A stretch of 47,872 bases of DNA, taken from an uncultured Alphaproteobacteria bacterium. Its GTDB lineage: Bacteria > Pseudomonadota > Alphaproteobacteria > Micavibrionales > CSBR16-224. Below are positions 1 through 8,835 of this stretch, piece after piece. The notes under the pieces were generated by a model. The model saw nothing but the letters and a program-made list of their open reading frames with translations. It was not told the DNA's origin and searched no databases. The DNA lies in NCBI GenBank assembly GCA_937941575.1, contig CALDHH010000001.1:1-47872 (forward strand), in the 5' to 3' direction. Positions within the stretch are counted from its first letter, which is position 1. Every line of letters starts with the position of its first letter. The translations under genes were made by a program, and so were the position numbers.

Positions 1-717
1 GTCAATATTCTTAATTGCAAAGCCATTATTATTTAGCATTTTTACAAATTTTGCTAATCTCTTATATGCTTCGCGCATTGGTGATAGGTCAGTTATCTGT
101 GAGCCAATATGAACAGTAATACCAGTTAGGTTTATATTTGGCAGTGATTTAGCCAATTCACAAATTGGATAGGCTTTATTGATATCAATCCCAAATTTAT
201 CTTCTTTGGACCCTGTGGCAATTTTTTCATGAGTATCGGCCACAACATCTGGGTTTATTCTTAAACCAACATTCACTTGTTTGTTTAATTTTACAGCTAG
301 GCTAGATACAAAAGTTAGCTCTTCCACTGATTCAACATTTAATTGTAAGATACCAGCATTGATAACTGTTGTTAATTCTGTCCCGGATTTACCGACTCCT
401 GAATATACTATCTTCTCTAACTCAATTCCTGCTCTCTGAGCCCGAAGGAATTCACCTCCAGATACAATATCAGCACCAGAGCCAAGTTTTTTTAATGTTT
501 TTAATACCGCAATATTACTATTTGATTTACAGGCATAACAAATCAGCAAATCTGAATCAGGGAGGATTTTGTCAAAAGCATGTCTATATGCCATATAATT
601 ATCTTCTAATGATTTGGAAGAATAACAATAGAATGGGGTTCCAACTTCTTTGGCTATATCAGCAATATTTACGCCCTCTACGTGAAGTACATTATCTTTA
701 TACTTGAAATTATCCAT
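1..717 (-). CDS. lysA: Diaminopimelate decarboxylase, N-terminal 239 codons; the gene runs off the left edge
   Basis: Absent from the ORF track because there is no stop in the window. My minus-strand translation from the ATG at 717-715 gives MDNFKYKDNVLHVEGVNIADIAKEVGTPFYCYS...LICYACKSNSNIAVLKTLKKLGSGADIVSGGE...GLRINPDV...HEKIATGSKEDKFGI...GITVHIGSQI. This is the PLP-dependent Orn/DAP/Arg decarboxylase pattern, including the PLP lysine in YACKSN. Confidence 0.9.
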   Translation of the reverse strand, partial: MDNFKYKDNVLHVEGVNIADIAKEVGTPFYCYSSKSLEDNYMAYRHAFDKILPDSDLLICYACKSNSNIAVLKTLKKLGSGADIVSGGEFLRAQRAGIELEKIVYSGVGKSGTELTTVINAGILQLNVESVEELTFVSSLAVKLNKQVNVGLRINPDVVADTHEKIATGSKEDKFGIDINKAYPICELAKSLPNINLTGITVHIGSQITDLSPMREAYKRLAKFVKMLNNNGFAIKNID

Positions 718-724
718 TATGTTC

Positions 725-880
725 TCATTTCATATCTGTGTTTGGATTTGGGTAAGTTCTTGGGAATTTTGATTGCTCTGAAACTGGGTATGAAACATCA
801 CGTGGCTTTGTACCACATGCTCCAATTATAGAAGTAATAAATAATACTATTGTAATTTTTTTTATTATTGTTACTTTCAT
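725..880 (-). CDS. Small lipoprotein (51 aa) immediately upstream of lysA
   Basis: My translation is MKVTIIKKITIVLFITSIIGACGTKPRDVSYPVSEQSKFPRTYPNPNTDMK. It has a signal peptide with lipobox IIGAC. It is too short for the ORF track. A small lipoprotein gene before lysA (LppL/LptM-like position) is common in proteobacteria. Confidence 0.55.
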   Translation of the reverse strand: MKVTIIKKITIVLFITSIIGACGTKPRDVSYPVSEQSKFPRTYPNPNTDMK

Positions 881-916
881 CAATATGTCTTTCAAAATTT
901 TAAAGGTTTAGCAATC

Positions 917-1483
917 ATGATAAAATATTTCCCATATATTGCAGTTATATTCGTTATTGCATCAATAATATTAATTATTATATCGAATACAAGCATAAAT
1001 GAAAAACAATTAACAAGTAATGTAGAATTAACAGCAGAATTAAAAGCGTTTGAATTCGAAGCAAAGCCAATATCCAATGATTTTACCTTTTATAACAAAG
1101 ACGGTAAAGAGCTTAGATTATCAGATTATAAAGGTAATGTTATATTATTAAATCTTTGGGCAACATGGTGTGCACCATGTGTAGCCGAGATGCCATCCTT
1201 AGATAAGTTAAAAGAGTTAATGGCTAATGAGAAAGTTCAAGTGATTGCAGTATCGGTTGGTAAGGATAATGTAGATAAGATAAAATTATTTTATAAAAAA
1301 CATGAGATTACTAATCTAGAAATATTTCATGATAAAGATAAAACAATTTATAATACTATTCGTTTCCATGGATTACCAACCTCGATATTAATTGATAAAG
1401 AAGGTAATGAAATTGGCAGATTAAATGGCGATGCCAATTGGTCATCGGATGAAGCAGTATCATTTATTAATAGTTATTTATAG
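917..1483 (+). CDS. Membrane-anchored thioredoxin-fold thiol:disulfide oxidoreductase (TlpA/ResA-like)
   Basis: N-terminal TM helix, CxxC active site in LWATWCAPCVAEMP, and redoxin-fold length. Confidence 0.8.
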   Translation: MIKYFPYIAVIFVIASIILIIISNTSINEKQLTSNVELTAELKAFEFEAKPISNDFTFYNKDGKELRLSDYKGNVILLNLWATWCAPCVAEMPSLDKLKELMANEKVQVIAVSVGKDNVDKIKLFYKKHEITNLEIFHDKDKTIYNTIRFHGLPTSILIDKEGNEIGRLNGDANWSSDEAVSFINSYL

Positions 1484-1492
1484 AGGTTCATA

Positions 1493-2947
1493 ATGTCAGA
1501 TAAAATCGCTTTACCAACTAAAAAAGCAGACATAACAGATACGACAACACTAGCAGAAGATCAGATTGAAGATATGAGCGTAAGCTCTGAACCAGAAGCA
1601 CCGCAAGGTATCATTGAGTTTGAAACAGAAATAGATATCAAAGAAGAAGCATCAGATATTTTCTTTAAATGGCAAGAATGGTTAACTCCAGAGTTTTTAT
1701 TGCAGATGGGTATAATTTTAATTGCCTTAACCATCACTTATATAATTGCTACTGCTCTGCGGATAAGATTTAGAAGCTATGTGGCTTCACTTAATTTAAA
1801 AGAGGCAAGAAAAATTGGCTATACCATGATAAACGGTGTACCAAAAATGATATTCCCGTTTATATCGGTTATTGCTCTATTTATATGTGTCTTAATTACA
1901 TCGGCTCTAGAATTCGAACATCATCTTATAATGATTAGTGTGAGTTTGTTATTAGCTAAACTAATTGCTATTTTTGCCACGTCATTCATCAACTCAAAAG
2001 CAATTGCAAGATGGGTATCAATGATAATTTGGGGTATTGCAGCCTTACATATTATGGGATGGTACGAGACAACAGTTGATCTTTTATCTGGGGTTAATTT
2101 CAGCTTAGGCCAAGGTAAAGTATCTTTATTTACGATTATCAAAGGAAGTTTCTACTTTATGATATTCCTTTGGGCTGCAAAGATATTATCAGGAGCTTTG
2201 GAAAAGAAAATAAAATCAATTGAAGAGTTAACTCCGTCATTAAAGGTTTTATTCAGCAAGATCTTAAAATCAATATTAATCTTTTTTGCAATATTATTTG
2301 GGCTGGATTCTGTTGGGGTTGATTTATCATCTTTTGCAATATTTGGTGGTGCAATTGGTGTCGGTATCGGTTTTGGTCTACAAAAAGTAGTATCAAACTT
2401 CATTAGTGGAATTATATTATTATTAGATAGATCAATTAAACCAGGGGATGTGATTGCAGTTAATATTGATGGAATATCTACCTTTGGCTGGGTTAATACT
2501 TTGGGCGCGAGATATGTATCAATTATTAGGCGAGATGGTAAAGAGCATTTAATTCCAAATGAATTATTGATTACTGAAAAAGTGGAGAATTGGTCATTTA
2601 GTAATAATGATATCAGATTATCAATTAATATCGGTGTGTCATATAATTCGGATCTTAGAAAAGTATTAAATCTATGTCTAGAAGCGGCAGAAGAAGAACC
2701 AAGGGTAAAAGCATTTCCAGAGCCTGTAGTCAGAGTAATTGGATTTGGTGATAGCTCGGTTGATATTGAAATCAGAGGTTGGATAAATGATCCAGTCAAT
2801 GGTATTGGTAATATAAGATCAGATGTTCTATTAAGTGTCTGGGATAAATTTCAAGAAAATAATATTGAAATACCATTCCCACAGCGTGATTTAAACATTA
2901 AATCAATATCAGATGAAGTCCTAAAGATGATAAATAAAGAAAAATAA
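1493..2947 (+). CDS. MscS-family mechanosensitive ion channel with an acidic N-terminal extension
   Basis: Several TM helices are followed by GAIGVGIGFGLQKVVSNFISGIILLLDRSIKPGDVI (MscS pore helix and start of the beta domain), then a C-terminal alpha/beta domain. Confidence 0.85.
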   Translation: MSDKIALPTKKADITDTTTLAEDQIEDMSVSSEPEAPQGIIEFETEIDIKEEASDIFFKWQEWLTPEFLLQMGIILIALTITYIIATALRIRFRSYVASLNLKEARKIGYTMINGVPKMIFPFISVIALFICVLITSALEFEHHLIMISVSLLLAKLIAIFATSFINSKAIARWVSMIIWGIAALHIMGWYETTVDLLSGVNFSLGQGKVSLFTIIKGSFYFMIFLWAAKILSGALEKKIKSIEELTPSLKVLFSKILKSILIFFAILFGLDSVGVDLSSFAIFGGAIGVGIGFGLQKVVSNFISGIILLLDRSIKPGDVIAVNIDGISTFGWVNTLGARYVSIIRRDGKEHLIPNELLITEKVENWSFSNNDIRLSINIGVSYNSDLRKVLNLCLEAAEEEPRVKAFPEPVVRVIGFGDSSVDIEIRGWINDPVNGIGNIRSDVLLSVWDKFQENNIEIPFPQRDLNIKSISDEVLKMINKEK

Positions 2948-2950
2948 AGA

Positions 2951-3217
2951 TTAATCTTTATCGTTAATATTGACGGTTAAGATATGTTTTTTACGTTCAA
3001 TATCAATTATATAAAGTTTTTTATTACCATCATTAATTATAATTTGATCTTCATTTGTTGTAATCTTTTCTAAATCATGGATTATTGAGATATCAATTTC
3101 AGACTTGTCGATTTTCTTTACTGATTTAGATTTTTTTGTAACTCCATAAACTACAGCGCCTAAGCCAACAAAGATTAAAACTGTCATTATGGAGATTAAT
3201 AGAACTATGCCGCGCAT
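2951..3217 (-). CDS. Hypothetical small membrane-anchored protein (88 aa)
   Basis: N-terminal TM helix MRGIVLLISIMTVLIFVGLGAVVYGV, an AAGGAAG Shine-Dalgarno before the ATG, and no recognisable domain. Confidence 0.5.
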   Translation of the reverse strand: MRGIVLLISIMTVLIFVGLGAVVYGVTKKSKSVKKIDKSEIDISIIHDLEKITTNEDQIIINDGNKKLYIIDIERKKHILTVNINDKD

Positions 3218-3342
3218 TATTTCTTCCTTTGATTCTGTATAACTTATTTTTCAGAAGATATAGATATTTCAAAATAAAACCAAGTATTTTATATTGCATA
3301 AACTGACTTGGTTTTATTGTAAAATCGCGATAGAGTGTAAAA

Positions 3343-4329
3343 ATGGACAAAGAAAACGTAAATATATCAGAAGTTGAAGCTGGACAAAGAGTCGATAAGA
3401 TTCTTAAAGATAGTTTCCAAAATCTATCAAGAGCAAGATTACAGGATTTAATTAAATCAGGTGATATTACTTGCAATGGTAAAAAAACAAAACCTTCTTA
3501 TAAGGTGAAACTGGGTGAATTATTAGAAATTAATATTCCAGAGCCAATTGCTGATATTCCTGAACCTCAAGATATCCCGTTAGATATAGTATATGAAGAT
3601 GATGATTTACTTGTAATCAATAAAGCAGTTGGAATGGTTGTACATCCAGCCGCAGGAAATTGGGATAAAACATTGGTGAATGCATTATTATTCCATTGTG
3701 GTGATAATCTATCTGGTATCGGCGGGGTAAAAAGACCCGGTATTGTGCATAGATTAGATAAAGATACATCTGGATTAATGATAGTTGCCAAAAATGATAA
3801 AGCTCACCAATCTTTGTCGAAACAATTGGAAGTTAGAAGTCTAACTAGAATATATCACGCAATTGTTTGGGGTTTGCCCAACCCAACTTCTGGAGTGATT
3901 GAAGGCAATATCATCAGAAGTAAGACCAATCGTAAAAAAATGACGATGATTGATAAAGGTGGCAAGACTGCAATTACTAATTATAAATTGATTAGAAATT
4001 TAAATACTAAACTATCTTTGATTGAATGTAAGCTAGAGACTGGCAGAACTCATCAAATTAGAGTGCATATGGCAGCAAAACAAAACTGGCTGGTTGGTGA
4101 CAAGCTTTATGGTCGTACAACAAGTGTTAAATCATTACGAAAAAATATAAATACTACTTGTCTTAATCAAGAGGTGATGGATAGAATACTTGTATTCCCA
4201 AGACAGGCTTTACATGCAACTGAGATTGCATTTGTCCATCCAAGTACGGATGAAATAATGAATTTTAAATCAGAACTTGCAGATGATATGCAAGAATTAT
4301 TAACTATAATAGAAAATGGAATTTTATAA
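3343..4329 (+). CDS. rluD: RluA-family 23S rRNA pseudouridine synthase, RluD-like
   Basis: N-terminal S4-like RNA-binding region (RVDKIL...SRARLQDLIKSGDITCNGK), catalytic motif HRLDKDTSGLMIVAKN, and GRTHQIRVH. Confidence 0.85.
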   Translation: MDKENVNISEVEAGQRVDKILKDSFQNLSRARLQDLIKSGDITCNGKKTKPSYKVKLGELLEINIPEPIADIPEPQDIPLDIVYEDDDLLVINKAVGMVVHPAAGNWDKTLVNALLFHCGDNLSGIGGVKRPGIVHRLDKDTSGLMIVAKNDKAHQSLSKQLEVRSLTRIYHAIVWGLPNPTSGVIEGNIIRSKTNRKKMTMIDKGGKTAITNYKLIRNLNTKLSLIECKLETGRTHQIRVHMAAKQNWLVGDKLYGRTTSVKSLRKNINTTCLNQEVMDRILVFPRQALHATEIAFVHPSTDEIMNFKSELADDMQELLTIIENGIL

Positions 4330-5459
4330 TGGAAATTATTATTGCTCTAGGATTGGTGGTATTAGCATCAATTATTATCATGTATGCCTGCGAATCATTT
4401 GAGGATTCTGCCGATTATCTTGGTCGAAATATGAAACCAGGTATTAAGGGTGCTACAATTAATGCAATTGGATCATCTTTGCCTGAATTATTCACTACGA
4501 TGGCATTATTGTTTATCTACCATGATGAAGGTGGTTTTGCCGCAGGTATTGCAACAACTGCTGGCTCTGCTGTGTTTAATGCAATTGTAATTCCGATGCT
4601 TTGTATATTTGTTATTCGCTATAAAGGTGTTGTGGTTGATAATAATGTTGCAAAAGCAAAAAGAGTTTATAAAAGAGTAACCGAAGTTGCGATTGATAAG
4701 CCTAGCGTTCTGCGTGATGGTCTATTCCTTTTATTTGCAGAAATCGTATTGATTGTATTCTTGGGCGGAACTGAGATGGCTTGGTGGATGGGTGGAGCAT
4801 TAATTGTTGTCTATTTATGCTATTTTGCTTTTCTTATGCGTGGATTTAGCAATGGCAGCATTGATGAACCAGAAGATGATGATGACGAATATGATGATGG
4901 CGAAGATAAACCATCAAAATTAAAAGCATTGCTTACATTTGATTTTAACCATCTCTTTTATAATGGTGTATCGTTTAATAATAAAAGAGCTTGGGTTGTG
5001 TTATCATTTTCAGTAACTGTGATTGGTTTTGCATGTGTAATATTGGCGGAAGCAGTAATGATGAGCGCCAGAGCATTAGGCGTACCAGCATTCTTTACAG
5101 CTATAATATTAGCAGCCGCAGCATCATCAGTTCCAGATACGATCCTATCAATGAAAGACGCAGTTAAAGGTCAATATGATGATGCAATATCTAATGCATT
5201 GGGTAGTAACATATTTGATATTACAGTGGCTTTAGGTCTACCATTAATGATTTATGGTTTATTATACGGCAATGTAAGCTTGGGTAGTAATGAAGATATT
5301 CAATTCTTGCGCATAGTATTAGTTGCAACCACGGTTTGTGTATTGGCAATATTTTTACTTCAGAAAAAATTGAATATTAGAACCGCTTATGCTTTTGGTG
5401 CAATCTACCTATCTTGGCTTGGTTATGTTATTTACAAAGGGCTTCAAACTATGGCTTAA
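4329..5459 (+). CDS. Na+/Ca2+ exchanger (CaCA family, YrbG-like) membrane protein
   Basis: Two alpha-repeat signatures (GSSLPELFTT and ASSVPDTILS), about 10 hydrophobic helices, and a central acidic loop EPEDDDDEYDDGED. The start overlaps the rluD stop (TAATG). Confidence 0.8.
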   Translation: MEIIIALGLVVLASIIIMYACESFEDSADYLGRNMKPGIKGATINAIGSSLPELFTTMALLFIYHDEGGFAAGIATTAGSAVFNAIVIPMLCIFVIRYKGVVVDNNVAKAKRVYKRVTEVAIDKPSVLRDGLFLLFAEIVLIVFLGGTEMAWWMGGALIVVYLCYFAFLMRGFSNGSIDEPEDDDDEYDDGEDKPSKLKALLTFDFNHLFYNGVSFNNKRAWVVLSFSVTVIGFACVILAEAVMMSARALGVPAFFTAIILAAAASSVPDTILSMKDAVKGQYDDAISNALGSNIFDITVALGLPLMIYGLLYGNVSLGSNEDIQFLRIVLVATTVCVLAIFLLQKKLNIRTAYAFGAIYLSWLGYVIYKGLQTMA

Positions 5460-5489
5460 TGGAATATCTTTTAAATAGTACAATAATTA

Positions 5490-5525
5490 AGGCTTCTATT
5501 GATAATCCAATAGAGGCCTTTTTTA
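5490..5525 (+). terminator. Rho-independent terminator after the CaCA gene
   Basis: The stem aggcttctattg / caatagaggcct is followed by a T-run (tttttt). Confidence 0.6.
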
Positions 5526-5619
5526 TAAATTTAACATTGCTTATAATTTAGGGGCAATATATTATTGTGATAGAAGTTAAGTTATTAATTAATGAATTTA
5601 AATCTTATAGGAGTTTAAA

Positions 5620-6210
5620 ATGGCAATTAGTCTAGCTAAAGGTTCCAAAGTTAATATATTAGAAGAATATAAAAACTTAAATAATATTATTGTTGCATTG
5701 GGTTGGGAAGCACCAGACGATATTGGTGGAGTAACTTTGGATTTGGATGCATCAGCATTCCTTTTAAACCGAGATAATAGAGTAAGATTTGATAATGATT
5801 TTATATTTTATAATGAATTAAGCGGAGAAAATGGATCTGTTGTGCATAAAGGCGATAGTGAAGAAGGTGGAAGCGGTGGCGATGATGAAGAAATTCATAT
5901 ATCTCTGCGTGATCTGCCTTTGGACGTTATGAAAGTTTCATTTGCGGTTAGTATCCATGATGCCAAAGATAAAAGGCAAGATTTTTCAATGGTTAAAAAT
6001 GCGTATATCCGAGTTATCAATAAAGATAATAACCAAGAAATTGCAAGATTTGATTTAACCGAATATGAAGATCCAATGCTGGCAGGTATTATAATTGGTG
6101 AGATGGAACGTGACCTTGATACTTGGCAATTTAAAGCTTTGGGAGAATCTGTCGAAGACGGATTATTCAGAATTGCATATAATTACGGCGTTAATATTGC
6201 CCCTATGTAA
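5620..6210 (+). CDS. terD: TerD-domain stress protein (calcium-binding TerD/TerE/TerZ family)
   Basis: End-to-end resemblance to canonical TerD: MAISLAKGSKVNI..., LGWE...DLDASAFLLN...DFIFYN...GSVVHKGDSEEGGSGGDDEEI (Ca-binding acidic loop), VSFAVSIHDA, AYIRVIN..EIARFDL, and GVNI at the C-terminus. SD AGGAG precedes the start. Confidence 0.92.
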   Translation: MAISLAKGSKVNILEEYKNLNNIIVALGWEAPDDIGGVTLDLDASAFLLNRDNRVRFDNDFIFYNELSGENGSVVHKGDSEEGGSGGDDEEIHISLRDLPLDVMKVSFAVSIHDAKDKRQDFSMVKNAYIRVINKDNNQEIARFDLTEYEDPMLAGIIIGEMERDLDTWQFKALGESVEDGLFRIAYNYGVNIAPM

Positions 6211-6212
6211 TC

Positions 6213-6241
6213 TTGACATATAGGTAGTATTCTGTTATCTT
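6213..6241 (+). promoter_or_regulatory. Putative sigma70-type promoter for the paralog pair
   Basis: TTGACA (6213-6218), a 17-nt spacer, then TATCTT (6236-6241), starting 3 nt after the terD stop. Confidence 0.35.
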
Positions 6242-6272
6242 CTTTTCAAAACAAAGAGAAGGTTATTAGACA

Positions 6273-6881
6273 TTGTCAAAAAAGCTAACTAACAAACAAA
6301 AAGAAAATATAAAGTCAGTTGTTAAAAAATGGAATACTGATGCTAATAAATCTAGCTCAAATCTTAGTAAGCTGGTGATCGGATCAACAGGTGCGAATGC
6401 TGGTGTTGGTATAATTGATTTGGCCCTTTTTGGTGGATCATTTACTGCCATAAACGGTTTACACGCTTTACTTTGTGGTTATTTTACGAAAAATGAATTG
6501 GCCAAAAAAGATTTTACCAATTCCGCCAGACAGAGAGTATCGGCAAGGAATCTATATAAGATTATTTTATTAGAAATGGATAAAAAAGCTGAAGAATTAG
6601 TAGGGGAATTCGAAGCCACATTAACCCCCTCAGATAGAAAAGAAGCGATCTTAAAAGAGCTGAAAGCAATAGCAGAAGAATCCAATATGCTATCTCCAAT
6701 GTTTGATATCGAAGCAGGAATATTACCCGATGATAAAAATGATAGATATCACTTTAACTCAGTGGCTTTATCAAGAGCAGTAAAGAAGAAAAACCTGAAG
6801 CCAAATCTAGATGGATTCTTGATACAAGAAAAAAATAGGAAAAATATGAGATCTTTAAATAAGAATGGCTTTGGAACTTAA
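6273..6881 (+). CDS. Hypothetical protein with a glycine-rich hydrophobic hairpin, paralog 1 of a tandem pair
   Basis: TTG start with GAAGG about 10 nt upstream. Lys-rich N-terminus SKKLTNKQKENIKSVVKKWN, hydrophobic hairpin LVIGSTGANAGVGIIDLALFGGSFTAINGLHALLCGYF, a helical C-terminal domain, and the ending LNKNGFGT. About 60% identical and collinear with the next ORF. Confidence 0.6.
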   Translation: MSKKLTNKQKENIKSVVKKWNTDANKSSSNLSKLVIGSTGANAGVGIIDLALFGGSFTAINGLHALLCGYFTKNELAKKDFTNSARQRVSARNLYKIILLEMDKKAEELVGEFEATLTPSDRKEAILKELKAIAEESNMLSPMFDIEAGILPDDKNDRYHFNSVALSRAVKKKNLKPNLDGFLIQEKNRKNMRSLNKNGFGT

Positions 6882-6944
6882 GCCTAATGGATAGATATTA
6901 CCTGCTGTGTTAAAAATTATTTGGAATTATTTAAGGAAATTACA

Positions 6945-7553
6945 GTGTCAAAAAAGCTAACTAAAGATCAAAAAGAAAATATCAAAGCTGTCGTTAAAAA
7001 ATGGAACTCATATTCTACTAAGTCTAGATCAGGGATAAATAAGCTATTTATTGGGGCAACAGGTACAAATGTTGGGCTTGGTTTGATTGATATAGCACTT
7101 TTTGGCGGCTCGTTTACTGTTTTGAATTGTGTATCTGCTATATGGCTTGGTTATTTTACTAAAGATGAATTTTCTAAGACAGAATTTACAAATTCTGCTT
7201 GGCAATTAATATCAGCAAGAGAGCTATATATGAGAATTTTGCTGGAAATGGATAAAGAAGTTGCTAAATTAACTAGTGAATTTAATATTATAGGAATAGG
7301 AAGAGATAGAAAAATAGAAATTATAAAAGAATTAGAAGAGATATCAGAGGAATCTAATGCTCTATCACCAATGTTCGATATCAAGTCTAGATCAATACCA
7401 GAGAATAAAGAAAATAAATACCATTTCCACTCGGTAGATTTATTAAGATTAGTAAAAAAGAAAAACCTAGAGTCAAATCTAGACGGATTCTTGGCACAAG
7501 AAAAAACTAGACAAAACATGAAATCCTTAAATAAAAATGGTTTTGGTACTTGA
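6945..7553 (+). CDS. Hypothetical protein with a glycine-rich hydrophobic hairpin, paralog 2 of a tandem pair
   Basis: The track ORF starts at TTG 6921, but the homologous start is GTG 6945 (V/M-SKKLTKDQKENIKAVVKKWN), matching the start context of paralog 1 (tgtcaaaaaagctaacta). Same architecture and the same C-terminus LNKNGFGT. Confidence 0.6.
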   Translation: MSKKLTKDQKENIKAVVKKWNSYSTKSRSGINKLFIGATGTNVGLGLIDIALFGGSFTVLNCVSAIWLGYFTKDEFSKTEFTNSAWQLISARELYMRILLEMDKEVAKLTSEFNIIGIGRDRKIEIIKELEEISEESNALSPMFDIKSRSIPENKENKYHFHSVDLLRLVKKKNLESNLDGFLAQEKTRQNMKSLNKNGFGT

Positions 7554-7734
7554 GATAATTTTAAAAGTAAATTTTATTTAGATGATACATCAAGATTATT
7601 CAAACAGATATTAAATGAACCCCCCGCTGCAAAAGCCCAGAAAAAACTGGCCTATAAAAACATCTTAGCTTTAAATTACAAATAATATCGTCTATAGATA
7701 TATAGATATAAATTATAAGATAGTTATAGAGCAG

Positions 7735-8835
7735 ATGAACAAAGTTTTAAAATTTTTGGCAAGACCAGACATATTTTTTTATACATTAATATGGCTGATG
7801 TTCTTATTGGTTATGGGGACGGTCACTCAAAAAACAATTGGCCTATATCAGGCTCAAGAAAGATTTTTTTCTTCAAATATCCTATGGCTATTCGGGGTGC
7901 TACCAACACCGGGCGGCATGCCAACAATGGCAATTGTCTTTATTGGTTTGACTTCAAAGCTATTAATCGAAGAATGGAATATAAGAAAGCTTGGAACAAT
8001 CACGGTTCATATTGGGGCAATGCTTTTATTATTGGGAGGTTTTATAACTGGCATATATTCACAAGAAGGAAATATGGTGATTAAAGAAGGTGATAGTGCT
8101 GGTTTTATATCAGATTACTATGATGTTGAATTTGCGATATCAAATGCGGAGACTGGCAAAGAAATATTCATTCATGATTTCTCAAAAGATAAAGCCATCA
8201 AATTAATAAAGACTGATATTGCGGAATTTAAAATCATTCAATATTTTGATAATTGTAGCTTGCTAAAAAGAACGGGTGAGATTGATGAGAATCTAAGAGC
8301 AATGGCGACCATATTCTCTTTTCAAAAAGCTCCATTAGACAAACAAGCAGAAAATAATACGGTTTGTATTCAATATAGAATTGAAGGTGAAGAAGATAAT
8401 GATGGGATATATCAGATATTCGAAGATATGCCGATTATTCAAACTTTCACCAAAAATGATATTAAATACCATATCGAAATTAGAAAAAAGAGAACTTACC
8501 TACCATTTGCAATCGAACTAATAGATTTTGAAAAGCAATCATATGGTGGAATTAATATGGCAAAATCATATTCATCAGATGTTATTTTAAAAGATAATGG
8601 TATTGAATGGAAAAGCTTAATTTCAATGAATGAGCCATTGCGTTACAAAGGATATGTTTTTTATCAATCATCTTTCTTTGTTAATCAAAGGGGCGAAGAA
8701 GTGACTGTTTTAGCAGTCGTGCATAATATTGGCAGAATGTTCCCTTATATCTCAAGCATAATTTTAACCTTGGGCCTGTTAATCCATATCCTGCAATCTG
8801 TTCCTGCAATGATCAGGAGAAGAAATGCCAAGTAA
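7735..8835 (+). CDS. ccsB: Cytochrome c biogenesis system II protein, ResB/Ccs1 family (short form)
   Basis: N-terminal TM helices with a conserved His (TVHIGAMLLLLGG), a large soluble segment, a C-terminal ...SYSSDVILKDNG...MNEPLRYKGYVFYQSSF... motif, and a last TM helix. It overlaps ccsA by 11 nt. Confidence 0.75.
   Translation: MNKVLKFLARPDIFFYTLIWLMFLLVMGTVTQKTIGLYQAQERFFSSNILWLFGVLPTPGGMPTMAIVFIGLTSKLLIEEWNIRKLGTITVHIGAMLLLLGGFITGIYSQEGNMVIKEGDSAGFISDYYDVEFAISNAETGKEIFIHDFSKDKAIKLIKTDIAEFKIIQYFDNCSLLKRTGEIDENLRAMATIFSFQKAPLDKQAENNTVCIQYRIEGEEDNDGIYQIFEDMPIIQTFTKNDIKYHIEIRKKRTYLPFAIELIDFEKQSYGGINMAKSYSSDVILKDNGIEWKSLISMNEPLRYKGYVFYQSSFFVNQRGEEVTVLAVVHNIGRMFPYISSIILTLGLLIHILQSVPAMIRRRNAK

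Noticed and set aside
2152-2799. A 215-aa ORF on the minus strand inside the MscS gene. Similar long antisense or alternate-frame ORFs occur at 369-707, 7151-7519, 9739-10167, 24431-24931, 30279-30800, 31533-31976, 36787-37242, 40650-41096 and 19993-20397.
   Set aside because: Each lies entirely within a gene that has clear family motifs on the other strand or frame. Their products are low-complexity Ser/Ile/Leu/Asn-rich strings typical of shadow ORFs, and none has a ribosome-binding site.
7618-7652. A locally GC-rich patch (gaaccccccgctgcaaaagcccagaaaaaactggcc) in the spacer before ccsB, considered as a small RNA, a terminator or a 17-codon peptide (MNPPLQKPRKNWPIKTS).
   Set aside because: Only a 4-bp stem can form, there is no T-run, and the mini-ORF has no SD. 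This is not enough to call anything.
7693-7710. The short repeat tatagatatatagatata, checked as a possible CRISPR or tandem-repeat seed.
   Set aside because: It is a single low-complexity AT dinucleotide-like stretch with no spacer-repeat periodicity.
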